Numbered from the whole stretch's first letter, positions 1 to 11,965 are shown. The stretch: DNA of 63,004 nt, filler included, from Gonapodya sp. JEL0774 (GCA_027604505.1; 56 parts of 56 records of this genome joined end to end with filler, not necessarily neighbours in it), one strand, 5' to 3'. Numbers and translations are program-made. The notes: generated from the letters alone by a model not told the origin.

Positions 1-42
1 AGTACATATCAGCGTGCCGACTGGGTAAAAATCGAAAGTGAT

Positions 43-1035
43 ATATTGCCGTCCACATGTACGCTCTTTGAGAATTTAACTTCATGATGGAAGCCTGTAT
101 ATGGAAGGGCATTATTTGTAAAGATCCCTTCTGTGTCTTGGCATTCGTAGTATGACATAAAACGCAGCAATATGAAATATGAGGTAATGCCGTTTGAAGG
201 AATCCAGAGTTCGTCATTCGCTTGAGGCAAAATTCCTTACTCCACCAAGATTTCTCGACTAAAAACACCAAATTCTAACGTGCATGTTTCTCGTCAAAGA
301 GTGATCCCCCAATCAGAATTTCATTCAGAGACTTGGACTCCAGATTTCCTTGGGAGCGGTTGCTGTCTCTTTCCAGACCCATGTCACCCTTATGCGAACG
401 CGATCAGTGACGATCTCGCACAGTGTGAGAGAAGCTCACCGACACTCACTTCGGTCACTAGCTTGAGCAGTCCCATTCCGGGAATATGGGTCTTTTCATC
501 GCTTGACTTGGATACAGGAGAGGCTTTGCTTGTATGTGGAGGCCCGACGTTGATGAAGCTGCTGATCCTTCCGCCAGTTTCAGAACCTGCCAACGCTTTG
601 ATCCCGTCTGGTCCCACGCCTGTAACGTCCCGAGTGCTTGTTCCCTTTCTAAGAACAACCTTTGCTGACCCGTTCTCGGAGATGGGCGACATAGTGGTCA
701 TGGACTGTCCTTCCATTAGAGTGGACGTTGGTCGGGATACGGAACGAAGCGAGTCCGTGCGCCCAGAAGAGCCCGACGAACGCTTCTCCCCTGCTTCATT
801 TATAGCGATATGTGACTGTGAATGTGCTTTTCCGGCGGCGATGTGTGCGTGCCCTATCGCAGCGGCCGCCGATAAGGGACTTCCCCCAAGAGGCGACTGC
901 CTTGTTTGTGTTCGGGAACGTCCTGTTGATGCTCCGCGAGAGTGACCTGAACCTCCAGACATGTCCTCGGAGAGGGTCTTGAGGCTCAATGGAGAGCCCT
1001 CGTCAGTACTCGGCGTTTTCGATGACTTTCCTGTT
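43..1035 (-). CDS. Hypothetical multi-exon protein fragment, Ser/Gly-rich
   Basis: Long minus-strand ORF (390-989) plus downstream exons with plausible GT-AG sites; no recognisable domain; boundaries approximate. Confidence 0.4.
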
Positions 1036-1135
1036 NNNNNNNNNNNNNNNNNNNNNNNNNNNNNNNNNNNNNNNNNNNNTTAATTAATTAANNNNNNNNN
1101 NNNNNNNNNNNNNNNNNNNNNNNNNNNNNNNNNNN
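1036..1135. other. Artificial contig linker (first of 55): N44-TTAATTAATTAA-N44
   Basis: Identical 100-bp spacer recurs about every 1.12-1.135 kb; TTAATTAATTAA gives stops in all six frames; flanking contigs are unrelated and length-sorted. Confidence 0.99.
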
Positions 1136-2030
1136 TTTGTGAGGCTAGCTATAAATTCTGATGATTGGAGACCTTCCCATATTTCCCTGCTGGATGACAT
1201 AGGTAGAGATATGGTGATAACTTTTTGGGTGGTTTCTCCAGTTGTACCCTTGAAGTTATCCTCCATGGTGTTGGGTACTGGTTCAAAGTCCACTGACAAT
1301 AATGCTGACTCAACTTTGCTAAACTTGTTCTCCAGGTGCTTTTGTTTTGAGGTCTTTGAAGAAGGTTTCAAAGAAGAGTCTGCAACATGTGATGTCTCAG
1401 CAGTCCAGAAGATGCATGCATTGAGTTTTTCACAATCTCTGACAACATATCCCTCAAAGCTATACATCCACTGGATCCCTGACATATTGTGTGGTTTGAC
1501 ACATATCTTTGCCTGATGTACTTGAAGCATAGTGGTTGGAGAGAAATCTACCAGGATATCATGTTCACACTTTGCATCAATGACCAGTTGAGTTGACGTA
1601 TTTCTTTCTACTGTAAATGCACTTAATGTCTGCTGGGAGTCTGTGTTGATTGTTATGTCAAATTTCATAGGATCTCGGAAAGGATCTAGAGAGTTTGCCA
1701 ATTTTTGGATTTTCAATAATGAATCAAATTATTCAAGAGTGTCTGGAGTGTCTCACTTCTGAACTTGAATGTTCTTTCTGTGCTCTTGTGAAGATGAGTT
1801 TCCATTGCAATGAACTCCATGTCTCGTGGACAACAACCCATTCCAAAGATTTCATATCTCCTTCGTCCTACAATTGGATTGTCAACATTGATAAGTGTGC
1901 TTTCCTTCACATTGAATGTGCTTGGTTCATATGCAACATATAGTGATGCAGTGCTGTAAGCTTCAATTCTGATCTCCTTGATGAGAGGAGGAGTTTGGAC
2001 ATTTGTTGTGTCAAATAATTGTGATCTCAA
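1136..2030 (-). pseudogene. Degenerate AT-rich, CpG-depleted ORF in two frames (probable decayed repeat or TE gene)
   Basis: ORFs 1713-2030 and 1136-1716 abut in different frames; only 4 CpG counted in the 1035-bp contig. Confidence 0.35.
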
Positions 2031-2270
2031 AAGCTCCTTTTCTGAGACAAAAAAATCAAATGAAGGTGATGATGTAACACTAAATGTCTGACTTGCTTCA
2101 GTTGGATTAGAGATTAAAATGTTAAGAACCTAATGTAGATCATTGCATGACACATCTGTCCAGATTAAACNNNNNNNNNNNNNNNNNNNNNNNNNNNNNN
2201 NNNNNNNNNNNNNNTTAATTAATTAANNNNNNNNNNNNNNNNNNNNNNNNNNNNNNNNNNNNNNNNNNNN

Positions 2271-3075
2271 ACGAGAGTTTAAGCGTGGACGGAAGCTTAT
2301 CCATATCGGAAAAGTCTGTAGGACAACCAAGATATGTTAGACAGAAAGTGATAGGAAGGGTGCTGCAGTAGGAGCCAACTGGCCGAACGGGGGGCGATTC
2401 CACACTCGAATCACGCGGGTTGGTACCATCACGAGTTCTGGTAATAAGGACCATGGACTTCATTCTGCATTTTGGTCCCGTATCATTAAAGCCGGCAGCT
2501 TGTGGACGTTTCTCTCTGCGTCTAGAGAATATGGAGTAACTTCGGTCCCATCCCAAGTTCCAAGTGCTCCTGCTAGTAAAACTGCTCCACAGCAACTGAG
2601 GCCGCCACACCATTCAATATGAAGGCAAAGAGCCGTGGCACGATTGGGTGCATAGTGCGCTCTCGTCGACTCTATATCAATCGATCATAGCTGGGTGGTT
2701 TCGGTGTGTGTAGGACAGGAAGGTCCTGTAAGGATCCCATGGCTGCTGGAGACCTCAAATCAACAGGCCATCTGCTAGTCCAACACAGTATAGACGCTGA
2801 TTCGAACATGATTGACTCGTCCGTCGGTCCGTTTCGTCAAAAAACGGTCGAACCCACTGGCCGATCCCACATAACACCACCTCTGAACCCACCTTTCTGA
2901 AGCCGCAGCTGACTCGAAGACGCTTTCTTCTTTCCGGCTCCACCACTCCCTGAGGCACCTTCCTCCGCCTTCTTCTTCTTGAGCGACATTATGTTCAACT
3001 GGCGTGATGAAGGACAGCGGAACATGCTCAGAACACGGAACCGTCAAGAAACAGGGATCAGAGGAGACACACCAT
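2271..3075 (-). CDS. UBC12: NEDD8-conjugating E2 enzyme Ubc12, 5' part
   Basis: Exons 3075-3073 (ATG), 2998-2893 and 2315-2271 splice to MLNIMSLKKKKAEEGASGSGGAGKKKASSSQLRLQKDFSDMDKLPSTLKLS, matching the Ubc12 N-terminus. Confidence 0.88.
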
Positions 3076-3405
3076 GGTTGTAGGTGTTTTTAGGAGAGTT
3101 AAAGAGGAAAAGAGTTGTTCGAAATCAACGGAATGATTGACGGTGGGTTGACTGTCGTGATGTTTTGGGTGAGTGCTGTGGTCTTATTGAGCCTGACCGT
3201 TCCACCTTTGACTTCCTTGCTAGCAACACTTGGTCCTGCAACTTCGTCGTGGCTATCACTCCTCCTTGTAGAGATATTTGATGGTGAGGGCCGGATCTTT
3301 GGTTCNNNNNNNNNNNNNNNNNNNNNNNNNNNNNNNNNNNNNNNNNNNNTTAATTAATTAANNNNNNNNNNNNNNNNNNNNNNNNNNNNNNNNNNNNNNN
3401 NNNNN

Positions 3406-3752
3406 CAAAGATACCACTCTCTCTACATGAAGTCTAAGGGAAACGTGTTCAAGAACAAGCGTGTGTTGATGGAGTACATTCACAAGGCTAAGGCCGAGAA
3501 GGCTCGTGCAAAGACCCTCTCGTAAGTACCCCTCCCATCCCCCATCCACAGCTATTTGATCCCAAAACACCCTTATTCATCCATTTTTTATCTTTCCTCG
3601 CTCCCTCCCATCTCTCACTCAACAGCGACCAAGCCGAAGCCCTCCGTCTCAAGAACAAGAACCGTCGCGAGCGTGTGGCGGCACGCGCCGCCGCCAAGAA
3701 GGAGCAACTGTTGGGTGTTACGGAGGAGGCACCCGTTGCCGCAAAGAAGTAG
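3406..3752 (+). CDS. RPL19: 60S ribosomal protein L19 (eL19), 3' part
   Basis: [48 protein letters not shown]...KK*; intron 3522-3625. Confidence 0.97.
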
Positions 3753-3975
3753 AGGGTTGGAGCGTGGTGTTTGTTTGTATGGTAGTGTGTTGGTGGAGAT
3801 TTTGGGGAGAATGCACATATACATTGAAAACGAAGCTTCCTCTGTGTCTATTTGGGCAGGGATTCTGGTCCCGCGGTGGGTGTTTGTGTTGTTTGAGAGG
3901 GCACACAACCACTGTGACTGGCTGCGCAACCAACACCTCACACTGTTTGCAGTCGTCTTCCCGATACCCTGCGGG

Positions 3976-4439
3976 ATGTCAGACAATAGCGATTCAAGTC
4001 CGGAAAGCCCCCAGTCGCCCGCTCGCAAACCTCGTCTGGACTCAGAAACCGCTCAGGATGCGTCAGAAGAACGGGACTCCAGCCCCGTAGGTCCCCTTCC
4101 CGGGCCAGAGCCCAACGACGATGGGGCTGCGGAAAGTGATAGCGATGAAGAAAACGAATACGAAGCTGCCGTGGCCAAAGCCAATCGGGAAGCGCTGGAG
4201 AACGGTGACGGTGAGGGAAATGGAAAGGCGGATGTCCCGCCGGCACCCAAACGAGAGAGGGAGCCCGAGCCACCAGCGGCAGCGGCATCTCGCTCATTAA
4301 CTCAGGCTGGAATCATCACGGGAACTGGTGGGGCATACATACCGCCGGCCAAGCTCAGGGCTATGCGAGCCGCCATCACGGACAAGAGCAGCGAGGAGTA
4401 CCAGAGGTTGGCGTGGGATGCGTTGAAGAAAGCGATCAA
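3976..4439 (+). CDS. CWC22: Pre-mRNA splicing factor Cwc22, 5' part
   Basis: [38 protein letters not shown], the signature segment before the MIF4G domain. Confidence 0.95.
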
Positions 4440-4539
4440 NNNNNNNNNNNNNNNNNNNNNNNNNNNNNNNNNNNNNNNNNNNNTTAATTAATTAANNNNN
4501 NNNNNNNNNNNNNNNNNNNNNNNNNNNNNNNNNNNNNNN

Positions 4540-4791
4540 AAACCTCTCGTCGCTGGACCAGCGAGGTCGCGTATGAACGTCGTCTGGCGTATCGTCGGTG
4601 CAGACGGAAAACCATCAGAAGAATTGGAAAAGGAGTTTTTGAAAGGGGCCGAGGCTCGTAAGATGGTTCAGCTCAAGGGACACCGCAGTGCCGGCGGGAT
4701 CAGGGCGAGCATTTACAACGCAGTTCCGGAAGAAGGAGTCGAGGCCCTCGTCGCTTACTTGGAGGAATTTGCAAAGAAGCACTCTGCGTAG
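4540..4791 (+). CDS. SER1: Phosphoserine aminotransferase, C-terminus
   Basis: RSRMNVVWRI...LKGHRSAGGIRASIYNA motif. Confidence 0.95.
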   Translation, partial: KPLVAGPARSRMNVVWRIVGADGKPSEELEKEFLKGAEARKMVQLKGHRSAGGIRASIYNAVPEEGVEALVAYLEEFAKKHSA

Positions 4792-5206
4792 GGGGGACTA
4801 TGGGAGGGCACCCCAGTTGTCTGATGGAGGCAACCGTGTCACTTATTACTTGCTCTGATCCCGTCGTCCTCGGAGTTCGGTATTCTCGTCGTATGAGCAG
4901 AACTCATTTGAAAAATACGACCTTTGAAGCACTTACGTGAGCCGTAATGAGAAATTTGACTGCTACCGGAGAATCTCCGGTTTTCTTTCTCGCCGCGACC
5001 TTCCAATGCGTGCCGTTCCGCACGATAGCTCCGAATCTCGACACAGCAACATCGTGTCAGAGAGAAAAATGCACTTCTTGATATTCATTCATATCGTACC
5101 GCTCTCACCGCCACCGTCGCCAACGGACAATGGTTGAATCAATCAACTGCGTGTGCTATGGCCATACATACAATATTGCATCAATTGATCCCATCGTCCC
5201 ATCTAA

Positions 5207-5573
5207 ATGCCCACCAGCAACGCTTTATCTGCTCTGTCAATTCGACCGTTTTTGCCATCAGACCAGTCACCTGCACGAGAGCTCGTTCTCCGTGGTCTGG
5301 AGGCCCGCTGGGGCACTCTCGACCCAACTTTGAACCCAGACCTGCACGACATCAGTCGCTCTTTCGCCACAGGATACTTCGTCGTCGCTGTGCTGGGAGA
5401 ACGAGTGGTGGCCACGGGTGGATTCATTCCGGAGCCCGGCCGAGCGGAGAGAACGGTTCGCGTGACGCGAATGTCGGTGGACGTAGAGTTTCGACGGCAA
5501 GGTATCGGCAGGAAAATTTTAGAGCGATTGTGTGAGGAGGCGAGAGTCCGGGGTGCTGTGCGCGTGGTTTTGG
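5207..5573 (+). CDS. GNAT-family N-acetyltransferase (3' truncated), intronless
   Basis: Motif A RMSVDVEFRRQGIGRKILERL; N-terminal IRPF...WGTLDPTLNPDLHDI. Confidence 0.88.
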
Positions 5574-8016
5574 NNNNNNNNNNNNNNNNNNNNNNNNNNN
5601 NNNNNNNNNNNNNNNNNTTAATTAATTAANNNNNNNNNNNNNNNNNNNNNNNNNNNNNNNNNNNNNNNNNNNNAATCGAAAGTCAACAGATATCAGCTCT
5701 CCTGAAGGGGATGTACCTTGGCAACGCAAACGAAGCGGCTCACCAGAAGAAGCAGGGCCCATACATCGACGTAACGCTCGATCTCATGGTGCGCTTTCTG
5801 TGAGGATGATATCAATCAGCTCGACCCTAAACCAATCATCGCTTGATTTTTCAGACCCGTCAAGAGGCAAGCCACTCTCTCCGGGAAGTTCGACGTCTTC
5901 ACGCAGTCCGAGTTCGGATCCACGATCTTTCGACCATTTCGATGACCTTGGAATGGTCCGATTCACAGATTTTTCAGGGAGCGATGATTCTTTGGGGGCA
6001 TTCCACTCCCTTGTCCCCTTCCCATCACCGTTCGCAACTCCAGAGGAGATCAAGCCGGAGGGTCCCTCTGATATACCTATAGCTGTGTTTTCTAATGGTT
6101 CGATAGGTGAATCATGCCTTCTTCTGAAGACTCTTCAAGTGGTCAGTGCTGACGTCCAGTTACATCATATGCACTGTGATGGTGCCTGTAGGAGCGCCAC
6201 ACGAGTACGTCACGCAACAAATAAGTGCTTTACCGCAGCCGTTGTTTTCGACAGTCCCTCCTTGTGAGTATTCATTGGTGAGAAAGATATTGCCATGGTC
6301 CAAGGTTGACATTGGTACATTCGTGCAGGTTTCATTCAGAAGCTAGAACCAAATCGTGCTGAGATGACCTCTCGAACCTTTGTGACCATCTCGGGTGAGG
6401 GCTTTGACGGTAAGCTCCAAAGTACAGCTCAGGGGTGCAACACAACGCGGAATGAGATATAATCCAATTTTACAATACAGCAAGCTCATCAGTTTTTTTC
6501 GGAACGATACCTTGCGACACTATTGTTTGTCGGAGTTCCAGTAAATTGGAGGCTCTCTCACCCATCTCACGAGTAGAGAGCACTTGTGAAGTTCTTGTCG
6601 TGAACTCTCGTGGTGTTCATTCCGTACCAGTCAAGGATGGCGACAACATATTCGAATTCTTTTCTTATAATCTCCTCACAGCGCTGGTTAATCGTTTGAC
6701 TGGTAANNNNNNNNNNNNNNNNNNNNNNNNNNNNNNNNNNNNNNNNNNNNTTAATTAATTAANNNNNNNNNNNNNNNNNNNNNNNNNNNNNNNNNNNNNN
6801 NNNNNNCGTCGGCGGAGCTCAGACCATGGGTCACGACATGCAACATGTGGGCGGCGAAGAGGAGCAAGGAGCCTCTAAGTGGTGGAATTGGAAACGGAGA
6901 ATTCGGTTGGACAACCAATGGCAACAACAGAAAGAAGGTCGATGTGTGGAAGGAGCCGGTCACGGGAGGGTTTGAAAGTCAGATGCAAGGGACGCCGCAG
7001 CAGCTCGAAAGTATGCGGAGATGCTTGTGCAACGCGAAGAAAGACGCCGACGAACACTCTGCGGTCCGAAGTGGGGTGGAAAAGGCGAGTGCGTGCGCTG
7101 AGATCTGGAGCGCATACTTCTGATTTTCTTACGCATACGTCCATCGCACAGCTGTTTGGGACACCAATATACATCCGCGCCCTCGATAATTGGACACGTC
7201 GTGCTGCCTTCTTAGCGATGGAGGTCCGACGATACTCAGCGTACGTGGATCTGCTGGCTGAGCATTCCTATGCGCACCATCCAGAAAGCACTTCCCCCAT
7301 CCTAACGAGCCGAAAAGAAATGTCCATGTCCGAACTTTCCGCGACTCAGACGGGTCCTTTACCGTCACCTCAATCGATGTGTTCCCCAACAGAGCTATCG
7401 ATCCTCCCGTCGGGAGATAAGCGAGAAAAAAGCGATAGTACGCGTGCTACAGCCTTTCCTCCCACTCCAAAGTCTCCAAAAGCCCCGGCAATACTGGGAT
7501 CACCATGATGAACGACCTTTGCCCGTGGATCAGAGATGACATCATTGACCGTTGTATATGCACGCATAACCTTAAATCATATATCTTCAGTCTCTCTCTT
7601 TTGTAAAGTTCTTTTGTAGGCAAGCACACTCGCGGTACCTTTTCTTCAGTTGTTGGATTGGTCCCTTCCCAGCGGGTCTTGATCCACATATCTGTTTACT
7701 TGTAGCATTCCCAATAAGAACTCAGCATCAATTAGCACAACAACGGATATTGATTAAAAGTGACCTTTACAAAAATATAGTCGCACTGAGAGATGCAGGT
7801 AATGAAGAAGATGGTAAGCAGATTGCAATGTAAAGTCTTNNNNNNNNNNNNNNNNNNNNNNNNNNNNNNNNNNNNNNNNNNNNTTAATTAATTAANNNNN
7901 NNNNNNNNNNNNNNNNNNNNNNNNNNNNNNNNNNNNNNNGCACCTGATGTAGTGGATGTTGTGCCAGAAGTACCTGTACGTCAACAAACACCACCACCCC
8001 GTCCTGCACCTTCAGA

Positions 8017-8228
8017 TGTGAAGTTCCTATGGTGTTGGACATAATGCCATAATTATTTGTATATGGTGCAGACTTGGTCTGTGGGACATTTGGGAGTCTT
8101 GGTAAATGGGGTGTGTTTCGTAATCATGATGAGTCAACAGGCCACAGCAGAACTCAGCAGATTTCACATATAAGCAACTCATTTTCCCATGTAGTGTGTG
8201 TGAGAAAACGACAAGTCAAGTTTCAACA
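8017..8228 (+). mobile_element. Solo-LTR-like insertion, copy 1 (212 bp)
   Basis: TG...CA termini (TGTGAAGTT...TTTCAACA); 5-bp TSD TCAGA at 8012-8016 and 8229-8233. Confidence 0.8.
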
Positions 8229-8457
8229 TCAGAGCCTCCAAAACTGCAGAGAGCGTCACGTGTCTCACACAGATTTCCACAACCTGCAAGTCCAACTCCT
8301 GAACGTCTTACACGTGTTAGACGTGAAAGCTCACGTGATCCAGTTGCAGATATGAGTAACAACCCACCGGAGTTTGTTGTCAGGGGGAGTGAACATGGAA
8401 CTGTGGAAAACAGTCCTTTTGATTCTGATTCTGATGATTCTGCAGATCCGCTTGTGT

Positions 8458-8645
8458 TGTGAAGTTCCTATGGTGTTGGACATAATGCCATAATTATTTG
8501 TATATGGCGCAGACTTGGTAAAATGGGGTGTGTTTCGTAATCATGATGAGTCAACAGGCCTCAGCAGAACTCAGCAGATTTCACATATAAGCAGCTCAAT
8601 TTCCCATGTAGAGTGTGTGAGAAAAAGACAAGTCAAGTTTCAACA
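8458..8645 (+). mobile_element. Solo-LTR-like insertion, copy 2 (188 bp)
   Basis: Near-identical to copy 1 apart from a net 24-bp loss between CTTGGT repeats; flanked by GTGT at 8454-8457 and 8646-8649. Confidence 0.78.
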
Positions 8646-9072
8646 GTGTTGAATGTCATACTTGAGAAATTTGAACAGATTGAAGAGCCAAAGTCTTACA
8701 GAGAGGCCATGAGTGGCCCTTACGCAGAATATTGGCAGTTGGCAATGGAAGAGGAAGTCGGAGCACTGCGCAAATTTGGGACTTGGGAGTTGGTTGAAAA
8801 GCCGAAAGGAGTACCAGTTTTGTCAGGAAAGTGGGTTTATGCTCTCAAGCAGTTGTCCAACAACTCTGTGCGCTTTAAAGCACGCTGGGTAGCTCGTGGT
8901 TTCACACAGCAGTATGGGATTGATTACAACGAGACATTTGCTCCTGTGATGAATTCCAAAGCTTGGCACATCNNNNNNNNNNNNNNNNNNNNNNNNNNNN
9001 NNNNNNNNNNNNNNNNTTAATTAATTAANNNNNNNNNNNNNNNNNNNNNNNNNNNNNNNNNNNNNNNNNNNN

Positions 9073-9525
9073 GTCATGGAAGGCGTTGTTGCGGAAGCCG
9101 CGGTGTTCCAACGTGGGAAGAGTACTGATCAGCAGAACACCATCGCCCAGCTGATTCTACTGGGTGCTAGGCACATGCGATGGTGGAAGGTACACGAGAA
9201 CGACTTCCGAGCCATGATCATCGCAATGTGAGTCCCCTGCTTCTCTCTGTACTACCGCACTTCTTCGGCGATTGCTCAATGAGAGCACTCTATTCTCATG
9301 ACTAGCCTGCATGCTTTGGCTCTGCACCATGTCTGGGTTCCCGCTGGTGCAAAAGATCTTCTCGCCTGGCGGACGGTGCTCTGTGAAATGGTTTCTGTGA
9401 TGGCGCGTGGGATGGAGTCGCCACAAGAGGAAATCGCAGAAGTCAAGGTCATTATGGATGGCGCGAAGGCAAGGTCCGCGCAGAAGAAAGAGAAGAGGAT
9501 CGGTGACAAGTGTAAAATGATGTGA
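9073..9525 (+). CDS. Globin-like protein, C-terminal part, ending in polybasic CaaX (CKMM)
   Basis: Intron 9228-9305; spliced QLILLGARHMRWWKVHENDFRAMIIAILHALA...LLAWRTVLCEMVSVMARGM fits globin F-G-H helices (proximal His in LGxRH, AW in helix H). Confidence 0.7.
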
Positions 9526-10205
9526 TTCTATTCTTTGGAGTTCGTTGTGTTCATGTCATCGAGGCTTTGGTAATGTAGGCAGTTACTTACGTACGGTCGG
9601 TGTAGTAATCTTTCAGATTTGAAATCGTTTCGAACATTATAAAAATGGAACGCATGTGACAACCTCCACCAATGTGCCGCGGGAGAGTGAGAAATAGGAG
9701 ATTCCCAAAGTCATTCCGATAACCAGTCACCCACTATAGATCTATCGAAAAATAATGGTGAGCTCAAGATGAAAACAACACTTGTGACAAATTGTGAATT
9801 TCATTCCTTCCACCGATCCTCGAAGTCACTTCGCTCCACACTGGGCCGACAAGTTCACCAACTGGAGTTCACGGTGGAACCCAATCAAGGGGACAAAAAG
9901 GACCGTGTAATGAGTAGAGCCGATGCCTTATCGGTTTTGGAGAAGTTATTATGTGAATTTTCTCATTTCTGGCGTCCTGAATCGGGCCGCAGCATCGGAC
10001 TGGGCATCCACCATCAGGTAGGCAGCAAAGGCGAGTACAACCCCTCCTTTGCCTGCCAAACGCATCAAGCATTTCACTCAGGCAATCATGGCTGTTCGCA
10101 CGATCNNNNNNNNNNNNNNNNNNNNNNNNNNNNNNNNNNNNNNNNNNNNTTAATTAATTAANNNNNNNNNNNNNNNNNNNNNNNNNNNNNNNNNNNNNNN
10201 NNNNN

Positions 10206-11237
10206 ATCGCGTTTTAACGTCGACAGATTCATTTTTAGCTCGCTGATGGTCGCTTCTAACCTCGAGGTCAAGTCTTTTGAATCTGATAACTCCGACGTGA
10301 CAGATGCGAGTTCCCCTTGTAAATGCGTTACTCTGTCGTCAGTCGACCTCGCTCGCTCGATTACGTTGCGCAAGCGATCTGTGATCGCCAGGTGATGATC
10401 CGCATCGTCCCGAATTGAAGAGCTCGTCATCTCGTCTGTGTAGCCCTCCTGGTCATCCAAGACGATCTCAATCGACCGAACTATATTGAACGCGGTGTTT
10501 AAGTTACCTTGGGTGATTGCTAGCTGTTGTTCGAGCTCGAGCTGTCGGGATTTGGCGTTGTTTGAACGATTCAACTCGTCTTGCAAAGCAACTTCGAGAT
10601 CTCCAATACGAGACCGTGACGTACTGGCCTCCAATTGTGCCTCGGAGAGTAGAGCTTCCAGCTCACAAATTCTCACCACTTGCGCTTTTGAGTCAGTTTC
10701 CGCATGTTGAAGCTCACTCGCCAGCTCCGTCAGCTTTACACCTGATTCTAATATGGTATGCAATCCACTCTCCAATTGTTGTTCTTTCTCTATCATTTTC
10801 GATTCGAGCGCCTTGATCTGCGTTTGCATGGTTTTGCTCATGCTCGCAGCGTCCGATTTGACCATTTCATACTTCTTCCTCTCTGCGATCAATTCGCTGC
10901 GGAGTGACTGTTAGCAAAAGCGTTTTTACATACTTACTAGGACGTTCAGGGGGAAGACGAACGGACGCACCTGTACCTTTCTGTCTGCTGAGCGAGTGAC
11001 CGACTCGATCTCCGATTTCCATTTCTCTCCAATCTCTAGCGCCACAGCCTCTGCATTTTTCGTCATTTCGGTACTCCTTCGTTCGCTATCTCGCTCTAAC
11101 GTCATGAGTTTCTCCTGAGCCTCGGTGAATAGTAGCTCAGAGTGTGCGATTGCATCTTTTTCAATTGCCAGTTGCGCCTGAAGCGCTACCACTTCCTTTT
11201 CTCGATCCGCTAAGTCATTCGAAAGTTGGGCGAGGTG
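10206..11237 (-). CDS. Long coiled-coil protein, internal fragment
   Basis: Two heptad-rich E/L/K/Q ORFs separated by a GT-AG intron near 10905-10972. Confidence 0.7.
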
Positions 11238-11965
11238 NNNNNNNNNNNNNNNNNNNNNNNNNNNNNNNNNNNNNNNNNNNNTTAATTAATTAANNNNNNN
11301 NNNNNNNNNNNNNNNNNNNNNNNNNNNNNNNNNNNNNAGTGGTTTCTTCAAAAGGTTTCAATCACCAATGAAACCCCGAGCTGGTGGATCTGGATTCCAA
11401 TGGAGTGTTCTCGAGTCGCAGAGGTCACGAGTCACGGATTACTCTATTGAAAGTTACATTGTGCTGTCCCGGAGCATGGACAGCAATTGGATCCAAGTTT
11501 TCGCGATTACAATTTTTTACGATCCTCACCAACAGCAACATTCTCCTAGAATTTGTGTGAGGGATTGGTTACACGTAATGAAGAGGATGCACGGACTGAG
11601 TCTATCCCTCTCCCTCTTGATCGAAGAACGCTTACCAATACAGTTGCAGAAGTTGCGAGCAATCTGAATGTGGATAACAGTTGCACTCTCAACAAGCTGT
11701 GCCCATGGCGTTGCTAGTGATACACGCGCCGTTATAATTACAGGGGACTTGTGGCGACCCCATTGGCAATTTCGTCTTTCATCTTGATCTGTGAGCAGAC
11801 CTGCAGGCAATGAAGCGAAGTAGCGTGGGCGCGATAACCATTGACTCAACAGAAATGAAACTTCTTCATAATTGTGTTTTCGAAGTAATGCAAAATGTAC
11901 AAGTATACACATTATATCCAAGCTGCTGCAATGGTTTCTTCCGATCGACCTTTGTACAAAACTTA

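Larger units (their letters stand above)
7940..8972 (+). mobile_element. Ty1/copia LTR retrotransposon pol fragment (IN-RT linker and RT N-terminus), disrupted by two insertions
   Basis: EPKSYREAM...WQLAMEEEVGALRKFGTWELV...KWVY...FKARWVARGFTQQYGIDYNETFAPV (RVT_2 motifs). Confidence 0.96.

Noticed and set aside
3073..3075. ATG-only first coding exons in UBC12 and SOF1 (20908-20910)
   Set aside because: Start-codon introns are common in eukaryotic housekeeping genes
3753..3975. Very short intergenic gaps (RPL19-CWC22, BMS1-ABD1) suggesting operon-like clusters
   Set aside because: Gaps of about 220 bp fit an ordinarily compact fungal genome; no evidence of co-transcription
8017..8645. TRIM or mini-retrotransposon (LTR-internal-LTR), or spliceable introner reading of the two repeats
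   Set aside because: Each copy has its own different TSD and the sequence between them is in-frame copia pol; the nearby GT-AG pairs I tested do not restore the frame
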